Shown one piece after another: positions 17,057 through 26,105 of a stretch of 30,389 bases of DNA. Position numbers and translations under genes: made by a program. Each line of letters begins with the position of its first letter. Position 1 is the first letter of the stretch. The stretch comes from Planctomycetota bacterium (GTDB taxonomy: Bacteria; Planctomycetota; Planctomycetia; Pirellulales; Pirellulaceae): contig JBJTQD010000859.1 in the NCBI GenBank assembly GCA_046075445.1, positions 1 through 30,389 of the forward strand. Direction: 5' to 3'. The notes beneath the pieces were generated by a model. It was not told the DNA's origin. It saw only the letters and a program-made list of their open reading frames with translations, and did not search any database.

Positions 17057-18067
17057 ATGCTCAAAACTCTCGACCAAAAACTCACCCGAATTGCCGCCGA
17101 TTCGGCTTGCCGCGATTTCATCCTTGCCGATGCCAAAGACCCAGACATGGGGTTTGGCATTTCGGCCCCCGGGCTGGCGACTCGCCACAGTCGCCCCGGT
17201 CGTCGTTATCGCAGCCTCGCGGAGTTTCGCCAATCGATTCGAGAGATCGTACAGCAGGGGCTGGTCGATATCATGCTGATGAGCGCCAGCACTTCGGAGC
17301 AATTGACGGTTGACGAGAAGCTGTTTGCGAATTCCTCAGTGACGCCGGCCGCGCGTGCTAACGATACGACAGACATCTGGTGCGGCCAGACCGGGAGCTA
17401 CAAAAGCCAGCCTTCGCTTTCTTTCCAATCGACGACTATCGACCAGATTCAGTCCGGCCGTTGTCACTGCACTGACGCCGAGCGGAGTCGCGGTGCAAAC
17501 CTCGGGCTCTACTCGATCACTTTCAACAATCATTCGGAGCGCGACCGCGAATCGCTGGAGCGCTACAAGGCTTTCCGGATGGAAGCCGAAGCGAAAGGTT
17601 TTCGACACTTTCTTGAAGTGTTTGAACCCAATGCACTAGGAGAAAACCCTGTCGAGAATATTGGAGCTTACGTAAATGATTGCATTGTTCGCACGCTGGC
17701 CGGGGTAACTCGCAGCGGTCGACCAATTTTTCTGAAGATTCCTTACTTTGGTCCTGCGGCGATGGAGGATCTCGCGGCTTACGATCCAACTCTCGTGATC
17801 GGGGTACTTGGAGGGTCGGCCGGCACCACGCGCGACGCTTTTCAGTTATTACATGACGCACGAAAGTATGGCGCGAGAGCAGCTTTATTTGGGCGCAAGA
17901 TCAATCAAGCGGAGGACCAGCTTTCCTTTATTCGCTATTTGCGTTTGCTCGCCGATGGCCAAATTGAGCCGGAGGAAGCAGTCCGAGCGTATCACGCCGA
18001 TCTTGAGCGGCAAAACATTCCTCCGCAGCGGGATCTAGCACTCGATCTACAGGCGACCAAGGCTTGA
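17057..18067 (+). CDS. Class I (DhnA/LacD-like) aldolase-fold protein of unknown substrate
   Basis: FLEVF, FLKIPY (candidate Schiff-base Lys), VIGVLGGS and ALFGRKINQA match the C-terminal strands of class I aldolase TIM barrels. Confidence 0.65.
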   Translation: MLKTLDQKLTRIAADSACRDFILADAKDPDMGFGISAPGLATRHSRPGRRYRSLAEFRQSIREIVQQGLVDIMLMSASTSEQLTVDEKLFANSSVTPAARANDTTDIWCGQTGSYKSQPSLSFQSTTIDQIQSGRCHCTDAERSRGANLGLYSITFNNHSERDRESLERYKAFRMEAEAKGFRHFLEVFEPNALGENPVENIGAYVNDCIVRTLAGVTRSGRPIFLKIPYFGPAAMEDLAAYDPTLVIGVLGGSAGTTRDAFQLLHDARKYGARAALFGRKINQAEDQLSFIRYLRLLADGQIEPEEAVRAYHADLERQNIPPQRDLALDLQATKA

Positions 18068-18443
18068 ATTCGGGTTCCAATTCTTCACTGTCTTTCTATT
18101 GCTCCACGGCTCAGGATTCTCCTGCTCTCGCGCAGCGCGGGGGCGGGCGCTTGGGCCCGACTGACTAGAGAGCCATGCCCAATCTCACCTCCGAGTGGCT
18201 TTGAGCCAAATCGCACACGGCGGATTCTGAAACCCACCTCAAGACCGTTACATTCGGAAAAGGTGGCTAGTTATTCTTGCCTCAAGCAACCCGCTCGCCA
18301 CAAAACGGCACTGTCTTGGAAGCTCTTCGACCTAGGTTTCGTTATGACCGGGTCGCGGTGCGCGCCGGGCAGGACGTGCTGCTTCTTTTGAGCAGACCGC
18401 GACGAGAGGACCTTCCAACAACACGCCTTTAAAGCTGCCCTTC

Positions 18444-20144
18444 ATGCTCACACCACGCAGTCACACCGGCCGAATAAGCAACGCAATTGACCTGAACGAG
18501 TGCTATTTGGTGCTTGAAACCAGGCAATTGCTCGCGGTCACGGTTGCCTATGACTCTTCAACCAACATCCTGACGATCACTGGCGACAGTTCGGCTGATT
18601 CAGCCTACGTCATCAACGCCGCGGGTGGGCAGGTTGAAGTCACAGGGACGGGGATCGACGCTCAGTATTTCAGCGCTGCAAGTATCAGCCGAATCGACTT
18701 CCTCGGCTACGGCGGTAATGACCATTTCGAAAATCAAACTTCGATCGCAAACCGAGCCTTCGGTCATGCAGGAGACGATTTTCTCTCGGGTGGCAGCGGG
18801 GCGGACTGGTTCAGCGGAGGCCCTGGAAGCGACGAGATTCGCGGGAATCAGGGAAATGATACGCTGATGGGCAGTGAGCAAAACGACTTGCTCTACGGCG
18901 GCGAAGGCAATGATACGCTGACAGGATTCACCGGAGACGACACGCTTTACGGTGGCTCAGGAGACGATTTCCTTTACGGACAAGCAGGAAATGATTTCGT
19001 TGACGGCGAGGCGGGCAACGATCGAGTTCGGGGCAATGCCGGCGCGGACACGCTCTACGGTGGAGCCGATAATGACTACATGATGGGCGACACCGAGAAT
19101 GATCAGATGTACGGCGGAACCGGAGCGGACGAGCTCTACGCTTGGTGGGGCGATGATTTGCTCGATGGTGGTGACGGAGATGACAATCTTTATGCTCACG
19201 ACGGCAACGACGTTTGCCGAGGCGGCCTTGGGGCTGACTTGATTCGAGGGGGCAATGGAAATGACTCAATCTACGGTGAAGCAGACGACGATCGGCTCTA
19301 CGGGGAGAACGGAAATGACTTAATCCGCGGCGGCAGTGGTGTCGACTTGCTTAGAGGTGGAAATGACAATGACTCGCTGCATGGCGGCGACTCCGGTACC
19401 AGCGATACGCTCTACGGCGATGCGGGTTACGATCGATTCTTGCGACAAGGCAGCGACACGGTCGTCGACAAAGCAGCCGAAGACGCGATTATTCGCTTTG
19501 AAAATGCCACCGGCACTTGGACTGACCGCGAAATCGAGGTGATTGATGAAGGTTTGGCAATGCTCGTGGCTGAAACTGCGAACAACGCCCTGCTTCTCGA
19601 TTCACTTGACCCGCAGGATCTCGGATTCTTCAAGTATGCAGAACTCGACGGGGCTGCCGCCTGGAATCAGCTTGCAATCTATGAGCAACAGCAATGGAAT
19701 TACATCACCGGGCAATGGGAAACAACCGGCTACACCTACGAGCGCGAGATCCATTTCGCAGACTGGGATGAATCGTCTGCTTGGTACAACTCGCAGTACT
19801 CGCTGGTTGCGGTCCACGAGTTAGGTCACAACTGGGATAGCGAGGAAGAATTGGCGACCATTTCGGCAAATGCCAGCCAGCTCTGGGTTGACTTCCTTGC
19901 GATCAGCGATTGGCGGGATGTGAATCCTAATTCTCCCGGCAGTTTTACCCAGTCGCTCGACGGCAATCATTGGTTTGCCAGTTCCGCGAGTTTTGCCGAG
20001 AACTACGGCCAAACCAACCCGCGTGAAGATTTCGCGACGATTTGGGAATACTTCTTTAACCCGGACGCTGACCCAGCGCTGGCCACTGCCCTACAGCCAA
20101 AACTGAGCCTACTGAATAACCTCTTCGCTCTAGCTCAAGGTTAG
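18444..20144 (+). CDS. Secreted RTX/hemolysin-type Ca-binding repeat protein with C-terminal HExxH zinc-peptidase domain
   Basis: N-terminal LETRQLLA planctomycete export motif; about 25 GGxGxDx(L/F/I) nonapeptides (~18705-19440); HELGH at 19815-19829 and downstream YGQTNPREDFA. Confidence 0.88.
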   Translation: MLTPRSHTGRISNAIDLNECYLVLETRQLLAVTVAYDSSTNILTITGDSSADSAYVINAAGGQVEVTGTGIDAQYFSAASISRIDFLGYGGNDHFENQTSIANRAFGHAGDDFLSGGSGADWFSGGPGSDEIRGNQGNDTLMGSEQNDLLYGGEGNDTLTGFTGDDTLYGGSGDDFLYGQAGNDFVDGEAGNDRVRGNAGADTLYGGADNDYMMGDTENDQMYGGTGADELYAWWGDDLLDGGDGDDNLYAHDGNDVCRGGLGADLIRGGNGNDSIYGEADDDRLYGENGNDLIRGGSGVDLLRGGNDNDSLHGGDSGTSDTLYGDAGYDRFLRQGSDTVVDKAAEDAIIRFENATGTWTDREIEVIDEGLAMLVAETANNALLLDSLDPQDLGFFKYAELDGAAAWNQLAIYEQQQWNYITGQWETTGYTYEREIHFADWDESSAWYNSQYSLVAVHELGHNWDSEEELATISANASQLWVDFLAISDWRDVNPNSPGSFTQSLDGNHWFASSASFAENYGQTNPREDFATIWEYFFNPDADPALATALQPKLSLLNNLFALAQG

Positions 20145-20171
20145 TCTGAAACGTCAGCAGCCCCTAATAAC

Positions 20172-20194
20172 TCCAAGACGCTCGGAGTCTTGGA
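20172..20194. terminator. Possible hairpin between convergent genes
   Basis: tccaagac-gctcgga-gtcttgga; no clear U tract. Confidence 0.35.
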
Positions 20195-20221
20195 AAGTAG
20201 TTGAAACAGGGCCGGCGATTG

Positions 20222-21343
20222 TCAACTTTGCTGCCGTGTCGCGGCCGATTCAGCTTCTTCAATTTTCGCAATTGGGACCTTGGTAAAGAGGTAGTGGGCG
20301 ACGAACCACTCGCTGCCATTGCGGTAGCCAAAGAGTTCGGCGCAGGCGAGGAAGAACATACGCCAGCGATGAAACCAGCGGCTTCCCTCGCCTCGCCCGT
20401 AGGTTTCATCAAACAGCTCAATGATCTCTCTGCGATGGGAGTACATGTTGGCGAGCCAGAGATTGCTGGTCCGCTCGTAGTGCCGTCCGTCCCAGCGCCA
20501 TTGGCGGCGCACGGCCAAATACTGGTCGTAGCGTGAAAAAAGCTGCTCGTTGGGCATCATGCCGCCAGAAAAGAAATAGCGGCCCATCCAATTGGCGGCA
20601 CCGTCTGTTTCAAAGGGATAGGCAAATTCCTTGTGGCAGAAAATGTGAACAAACATTTTGGCCTCAGCACGCATCCAGGTCGAAATCCGCTGGAGCAATT
20701 CGCGGTGGTTCCGCATGTGCTCGAACATTTCCACTGAGACCACGCGGTCGAATTTCCGATCGAGTTCCAGTCGATTCATGTCGCAAGTGATCACGTCGAG
20801 ATTGCCATCGACGCCTCGCCGTAAAGCCTGCTGCAAGATGTACTCTCGCTGGGTGCGCGAATTAGAGACGGCCGTAATGCGACTATTCGGATAACGTTCG
20901 GCCATCCAGAGGGTCAGCGAACCCCAGCCGCACCCCAGTTCGAGCACATCTTGCCCGTCCCGCAGTTCGGCGCGTTGGCAGGTGACTTCCAAAGCGGCTC
21001 GCTCTCCGCTCGCAAGGTCACCGCGAAAATCTTCAAAATAACAACTGCTGTACTTTTTATGCGGGCCTAGGACGAGGTCATAAAAACGAGTCGGAACTTC
21101 GTAGTGCTGTTCGTTCGCCTTTTCCGACAGCGGAGCCAACTGCGAGGTTTCAGACTGTACCAGAAAGTCGACGGTCCGCTGTTGCCGCTCATCGAGTGTG
21201 CCTTCGTTGAGTGTCGCCAACCGTTGCCGCAGCAGCGCCCGGATCCCAGCTCGCTCGAGGCGTTCCGGAATCCAACCGCGTTCAATTGCCTCGATAGCTA
21301 CTTTGGTGAGTTGTTCTTTAATCATTTGTCTTGCCGACACCAT
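20222..21343 (-). CDS. Class I SAM-dependent methyltransferase (Cfa-related / coclaurine N-methyltransferase-like)
   Basis: ANEQHYEVP, KYSSCYF, VLELGCGWGSL, VSVEMFEHMRN, FFSGGMMP. Confidence 0.9.
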   Translation of the reverse strand: MVSARQMIKEQLTKVAIEAIERGWIPERLERAGIRALLRQRLATLNEGTLDERQQRTVDFLVQSETSQLAPLSEKANEQHYEVPTRFYDLVLGPHKKYSSCYFEDFRGDLASGERAALEVTCQRAELRDGQDVLELGCGWGSLTLWMAERYPNSRITAVSNSRTQREYILQQALRRGVDGNLDVITCDMNRLELDRKFDRVVSVEMFEHMRNHRELLQRISTWMRAEAKMFVHIFCHKEFAYPFETDGAANWMGRYFFSGGMMPNEQLFSRYDQYLAVRRQWRWDGRHYERTSNLWLANMYSHRREIIELFDETYGRGEGSRWFHRWRMFFLACAELFGYRNGSEWFVAHYLFTKVPIAKIEEAESAATRQQS

Positions 21344-21402
21344 GGTCGGAGTTCAGCGGTCAACGATTTTATTTCAGTGATTTGCGTTCAAGCCAATCCG
21401 AT

Positions 21403-22200
21403 TCAATTTGCTTTGGGCTGAGTCCGAGGAAACCATGGAAAAAAGGGACTCGTGGTTTGCTGGTAGCGGCGATAGGCTTCGCCCCGACTCTTTAGTGACT
21501 GGGCTTCGGTTGGCGGAATCCCGGTGACCCGGGTGATCAGGTACCACATCGTCAGCGGGCCGAGCAGGGTCAAGCAGCCCCAGGGCCAGTTGCTGATGGC
21601 AAAGCAGACGTAAGCCCACCAGTGCAGCCACTCGAAGAAATAGTTTGGGTGTCGCGAGTACCGCCACAGCCCGAGATTGCAAACTTGCCCTCGATTGGCC
21701 GCCTGACTGCGGAATCGGGAGAGTTGCCAATCAGCCAAACTCTCTCCGGCGATGCTCAACACGCCAATGGCCAAACCAAACCAGTCGAGCCAGATCAGCG
21801 GCTGAGGGTTTTGCAACGCAATCAGGATTGGCAGGGCAAAAAGCACCACACCGACAGCCTGCAACTGGTAAAAGCGAAACATTCTCCAAGCAGCTTGGGG
21901 CCCCCACTGCTCTTTGAGCGCCGTGTAGCGACCATCCTCCGGCATGGTCAACACGCGCATCAGCACATAGCCTGCCAAACGAATCGCCCACACGAGAACG
22001 ACAGCGAGGACCAGCCACTTGCGTTCAGCCAATCCTGCTGGGCTGAGCCAAGCGAAGGCGGCGGAGAGCAGTCCAACACCGGCTGCCCAGGCGACGTCAA
22101 CAATCCCTGCGTCGCCAGTCCAGAGCTGAACCAGCCAAAGCAGCCCCATCAAACAGGCTGCGGCCAACCATCCAAGCAGAATCAGGGTGAGCATGCTCAT
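21403..22200 (-). CDS. DUF1295 (steroid 5-alpha-reductase-like) membrane protein
   Basis: DAGIVDVAWA, EDGRY, GESLADWQL, GLWRYSRHPNYFFEW, TGIPPTE; several TM segments; ATGA overlap with cfa. Confidence 0.9.
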   Translation of the reverse strand: MSMLTLILLGWLAAACLMGLLWLVQLWTGDAGIVDVAWAAGVGLLSAAFAWLSPAGLAERKWLVLAVVLVWAIRLAGYVLMRVLTMPEDGRYTALKEQWGPQAAWRMFRFYQLQAVGVVLFALPILIALQNPQPLIWLDWFGLAIGVLSIAGESLADWQLSRFRSQAANRGQVCNLGLWRYSRHPNYFFEWLHWWAYVCFAISNWPWGCLTLLGPLTMWYLITRVTGIPPTEAQSLKSRGEAYRRYQQTTSPFFPWFPRTQPKAN

Positions 22201-23558
22201 GAGTTGATCGCCGCGTCTGATGAGCCACTTTCTGCAGCACGGTCGGCATGGGAATGGCGCTGCGACAAATGCCCAGCTATTTTTACGCCGTGGTCAAGCC
22301 GGCACTGGCGATGAGCCCAGAGCATATGCACGAGGTTGATTTGTCGCTCGTCAAAGCCAGCTTCGCAGTAAGCGAGGTAGTAATCCCACATCCGGATGAA
22401 ACGCTCGTCGTATCCCAGCGCCCGCACCTCTTCAATTTGCTGATGAAAACGTTGCCTCCAGCGGCGGAGGGTCTCGGCATAGTGGGGCGCATAATCGTTG
22501 AGCTCTACCAGTCGCATGCTGGCTGAGTCAGCAGCGCACTGGACCAAGCGGGAAATGCTCGGGAGACTCCCTCCGGGGAAAATGTACTTGCAGATAAAGT
22601 CCACACTGCTGAGATGTTGACGATAACGCTGGTCAACAATCGTGATCGCTTGCAGCAGAAGCAAGCCGTCGGGCTTGAGCAAGGAGTTACACTTTTCGAA
22701 GAAGGTTTCGTAATAGTGGTCGCCCACTGCCTCGATCATCTCGACGGAAATAATTTTGTCGTATTTCCCTTCCAGCAAGCGATAATCGCGATCGAGCACG
22801 TTGACGCGATCTTTCAGGCCTTCCATCTCCACGCGGCGACAAGCCCAATTGAATTGCTCTTTTGAAATTGTTGTAGTCGTCACGCGACAGCCAAAGTGTT
22901 TGGCTGCGTAACAGGCGAGCGAACCCCAGCCAGTCCCGATTTCGAGCAGATGGTCGCCGGGTCGCAAGTCGAGCATCCGACAGAGCCGGTCCATCTTGTT
23001 GAGCTGGCCGCGATGCAGGCTCTCTCCATGACCGCCTCCTCCCAGTTCGCTAAAGACGGCGCTTGAATAATTCATTGTTGGGTCAAGGAACAGTTCAAAG
23101 AACTCGTTGCCCAGGTCATAGTGCTCGCGAATGTTCTTGCGAGCTTGGCGGGTGCTATTGCGACGCAGCCAGTGTCCCAGCCGCTCCCAAGATTTTCGCC
23201 AGCGTCCAAAGCCGCGATCGAAATCATCCGCCAGGTCCAGATTGCGGGTCATCAACCGCACCAGCCCCGTGAGGTCGCTGCAACTCCAATCACCATCCAT
23301 CAGACTTTCGGCAGCCCCCAAGCCACCTCCCCAGAGCACGCGGCTGTAGAACACCGGCCGATGAACTTGAATCTCAATGGGTGAAGCCAAAGTCCCGTCG
23401 GCCGACTTCTCAGGAACACCAAACAGGTATCTTCCAGTCGAGTCTTGAATAGCCAATTGGCCGTGACGTAGCCGGCGGACGATTCCAAAGACGAATTGGC
23501 GTTGAATCCGGCTGCGCAGCTTAAGCTGTTCTGGAGCTTTAATCGGAGTAGGAATCAT
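22197..23558 (-). CDS. cfa: Cyclopropane-fatty-acyl-phospholipid synthase family methyltransferase
   Basis: NIREHYDLGNEFFELFLDPTMNYSSA, LLEIGTGWG, SVEMIEAVG, YIFPGGSLP, WDYYLAYCEAGF. Confidence 0.92.
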   Translation of the reverse strand: MIPTPIKAPEQLKLRSRIQRQFVFGIVRRLRHGQLAIQDSTGRYLFGVPEKSADGTLASPIEIQVHRPVFYSRVLWGGGLGAAESLMDGDWSCSDLTGLVRLMTRNLDLADDFDRGFGRWRKSWERLGHWLRRNSTRQARKNIREHYDLGNEFFELFLDPTMNYSSAVFSELGGGGHGESLHRGQLNKMDRLCRMLDLRPGDHLLEIGTGWGSLACYAAKHFGCRVTTTTISKEQFNWACRRVEMEGLKDRVNVLDRDYRLLEGKYDKIISVEMIEAVGDHYYETFFEKCNSLLKPDGLLLLQAITIVDQRYRQHLSSVDFICKYIFPGGSLPSISRLVQCAADSASMRLVELNDYAPHYAETLRRWRQRFHQQIEEVRALGYDERFIRMWDYYLAYCEAGFDERQINLVHMLWAHRQCRLDHGVKIAGHLSQRHSHADRAAESGSSDAAINS

Positions 23559-24487
23559 GGGACCTCTACGGTGGAAGTGGATTCCGAACGAGTTGATAAC
23601 GTTGACGTTGGGGCACTTTCGCGCGACTTGGCCGAGGCACTTAGTTCCCGCATCGCGTCTGCAGCAGATAACTCATGATGGTGAATGTTACTGCGCTGAA
23701 GCGAGCCTTTTCCAATGCCCTGATTACCATGTGGCCGGCCTTTGGCTGGATGCGGGACAAACGGCACCCGTTTCCACCAAAGCCGAAGGGCTTGCCAATA
23801 GATTTGGATGAAGATTCGAAACGTGCTGAAGGGGAAAGTGAACATCAATCGGGTGAGATTGGCTGTGGAGATTTCTCTCTGCTCTAACTGCATCGTGACA
23901 TCAAACAGGGGGCGATTGTCGCGACGATTGACAACGTCTACGGAAAGTCGCTCCGCGGGGGGCGGCAGGTGCCAAGCATATTCCATGTCGAGATTCATGA
24001 AGGGGCTGACGTGGAACACTTTTTCGACGGGCTTGGCAGCCGCAAGCTTGTAAGCGAAATGCTCCGGTTTGAGAACGTAACAGTGGCGCTGTCCCCAAGG
24101 CGTGTTGTTGACCTCGGCGACAATAAAGTCGGGCTGCGGTGAGTCAGGCTGCCGAAAGCAGTAGTAGAAGGAAACCGGGTTGAACACAAAGCCGAAGTGT
24201 CGAAGTTGCGTCAGCAACCTGATCGTTCCAGAAAAGGACTCACCGGTCTGGCTCTGAATTTCTCGCTGAACGCTCTGAGCAAGCGGTTCTGCGGGATTGC
24301 CAAAATGGTCTCGGCGATGGAAACGAAAAGGAGCGGGACGACGCACTGACCATAGCCAGCGTCCTGCGAAGACTTCGTCCAACTCGGATAGGTCGAGATA
24401 GATCAGGTAGATTCGATTGCGAAATGCGTGGCCTGGTTCTTCCAGTCGGCGGTGTCGGACCCAGCCTGCGTAGATGCAACTGAACAT
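23555..24487 (-). CDS. DUF1365 family protein
   Basis: MFSCIYAGWVRHRR, FGFVFNPVSFYYC, AEVNNTPWGQRHCY, KVFHVSPFM, IYWQALRLWWKRVPF; ATG at 24487. Confidence 0.9.
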   Translation of the reverse strand: MFSCIYAGWVRHRRLEEPGHAFRNRIYLIYLDLSELDEVFAGRWLWSVRRPAPFRFHRRDHFGNPAEPLAQSVQREIQSQTGESFSGTIRLLTQLRHFGFVFNPVSFYYCFRQPDSPQPDFIVAEVNNTPWGQRHCYVLKPEHFAYKLAAAKPVEKVFHVSPFMNLDMEYAWHLPPPAERLSVDVVNRRDNRPLFDVTMQLEQREISTANLTRLMFTFPFSTFRIFIQIYWQALRLWWKRVPFVPHPAKGRPHGNQGIGKGSLQRSNIHHHELSAADAMRELSASAKSRESAPTSTLSTRSESTSTVEVP

Positions 24488-25746
24488 GATTTTCGATCCA
24501 GATAACGACAAACTGCCAGAGCGCTGTTAACGCCATCCTCGTGAAAACCATTGCCCCAGTAGGCGCCGCAGAAGGAGGTGCGATTGGGACCGATCAGCTC
24601 GCCATGTCGACGCTGGTTCTCACGGCGGTCCGCGGTAAAGACAGGGTGATGGTAAACGATGCTGCGAATGACTCGGCGGGGGTCAATTCGGTCGCCGCAG
24701 TTCAGACTCACACAGAAGGTCTGCGGGCTGACTACCCCCTGCAGTAAATTCATGTTGTAAGTGACGGTCGCCTTGGCAGTTGCCTCCGGAGCCTCGCTGG
24801 CTGGAATGTGATAATTCCAGCAGGCCCAAGCTCGACGGTTGCGGGGCAGCAATTTTGTATCGGTGTGCAGCACAGCGAGATTTTTCTCATAGGGGAAACC
24901 GCTGAGCACCTCTCGTTCAACGGGAGTCGCAGAGCCATTCAGAATCAACAAAGCTTGGTCGCTGTGGCAAGCAAAGATGACATGGTCAAAAATTTCCGGA
25001 GCGCCTCCCCGATGGGTCCGAATTTTGACGTGCTCTGCCGTTCGTTCGACGGAAACAACGGGTGAGTTTAAGCGAATCGAGTCAGCCAGCGGGCGAGCTA
25101 GTACCTCGACGTATCGCTGAGAGCCTCCGTTGATAACTCGCCACTGCGGACGATTGCGAGTGCTAAGCAATCCGTGATTGCGATAGAAATCGGCGATGAA
25201 ACGAATCGGAAAACCTTCAACTGCCGAGTGCGGACAACTCCAGATGGCCGAAGCCATCGGAAGAAAATACTTGTCGATAAACTGCCTGCCAAATCGGTGC
25301 TGGCTGAAGAACTCTCCCACTGTCTGATTTTCGGGAGCAGCGGCAAGCAACTGCTCGGCTTGGCGATTAAAGCGAAGCAGTTCCGAGAGAAGCCCAAGGA
25401 ATCGGGGGCTGAACAGGTTTCTGCGCTGAGCAAACAAGCCATTTAAATCAGCGCCGCGGTACTCCAGCCCGCTTTGCTCACAGCTAACGGAAAAGGTCAT
25501 CGAGGTCGGCTTGGAGGAAACCCCTAATTCGTCCAGCAAGCCACAGAAATTGGGATAGGTCCGGTCGTTGAAGACAATGAACCCCGTGTCAATCGCATAC
25601 TCGCGACCTTCGAGTTCAAATTCGACCGTATTGGTGTGTCCGCCGATGTAGTCGTTCGCTTCGAACAACGTCACATCGTGCTGCTGACGCAGATTGTGGG
25701 CTGCGGTCAGCCCAGAAATTCCCGACCCGATAATGGCAATTTTCAT
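24403..25746 (-). CDS. FAD-dependent oxidoreductase (amine-oxidase / UfaD-like desaturase family)
   Basis: KIAIIGSGISGL Rossmann motif, FEANDYIGGHTNT, DTGFIVFNDRTYPNF, GAYWGNGFHEDG. Confidence 0.92.
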   Translation of the reverse strand: MKIAIIGSGISGLTAAHNLRQQHDVTLFEANDYIGGHTNTVEFELEGREYAIDTGFIVFNDRTYPNFCGLLDELGVSSKPTSMTFSVSCEQSGLEYRGADLNGLFAQRRNLFSPRFLGLLSELLRFNRQAEQLLAAAPENQTVGEFFSQHRFGRQFIDKYFLPMASAIWSCPHSAVEGFPIRFIADFYRNHGLLSTRNRPQWRVINGGSQRYVEVLARPLADSIRLNSPVVSVERTAEHVKIRTHRGGAPEIFDHVIFACHSDQALLILNGSATPVEREVLSGFPYEKNLAVLHTDTKLLPRNRRAWACWNYHIPASEAPEATAKATVTYNMNLLQGVVSPQTFCVSLNCGDRIDPRRVIRSIVYHHPVFTADRRENQRRHGELIGPNRTSFCGAYWGNGFHEDGVNSALAVCRYLDRKSCSVASTQAGSDTADWKNQATHFAIEST

Positions 25747-26105
25747 CTGGCCGACATCCTTTCTTTTGGAGTCCCGTTAGGAGTTCCAGCTTGGACATTT
25801 TCCAAGGGGAAGTTCTTTGCGGAGCGGCCTGAGGCTTGGGCTGGCCCCCCGCCAACCGGGGCAGATGCTCTCTACCACCACGAGCGGAGGAAAAATCGAA
25901 CGCGGTGAGAGCCTTGAGAGAACTCATTCAAATCGTTCAATTCGTTCAGCAGTCTATTCCATTCATTTTCGGGATACAACCCTGAGCGGCTGAATTTTTC
26001 TGTGAATTTCTGAATGATTTTACGGAGTTTGCCCTACGGCTAATACTGAGCCGAGAAAAAATCGTTCACGTCGACCAGCCATAATCTTTACCAAAGGGCC
26101 TTTAA

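Noticed and set aside
21622-22314. 230-aa plus-strand ORF
   Set aside because: Fully antisense to the well-supported DUF1295 and cfa genes.
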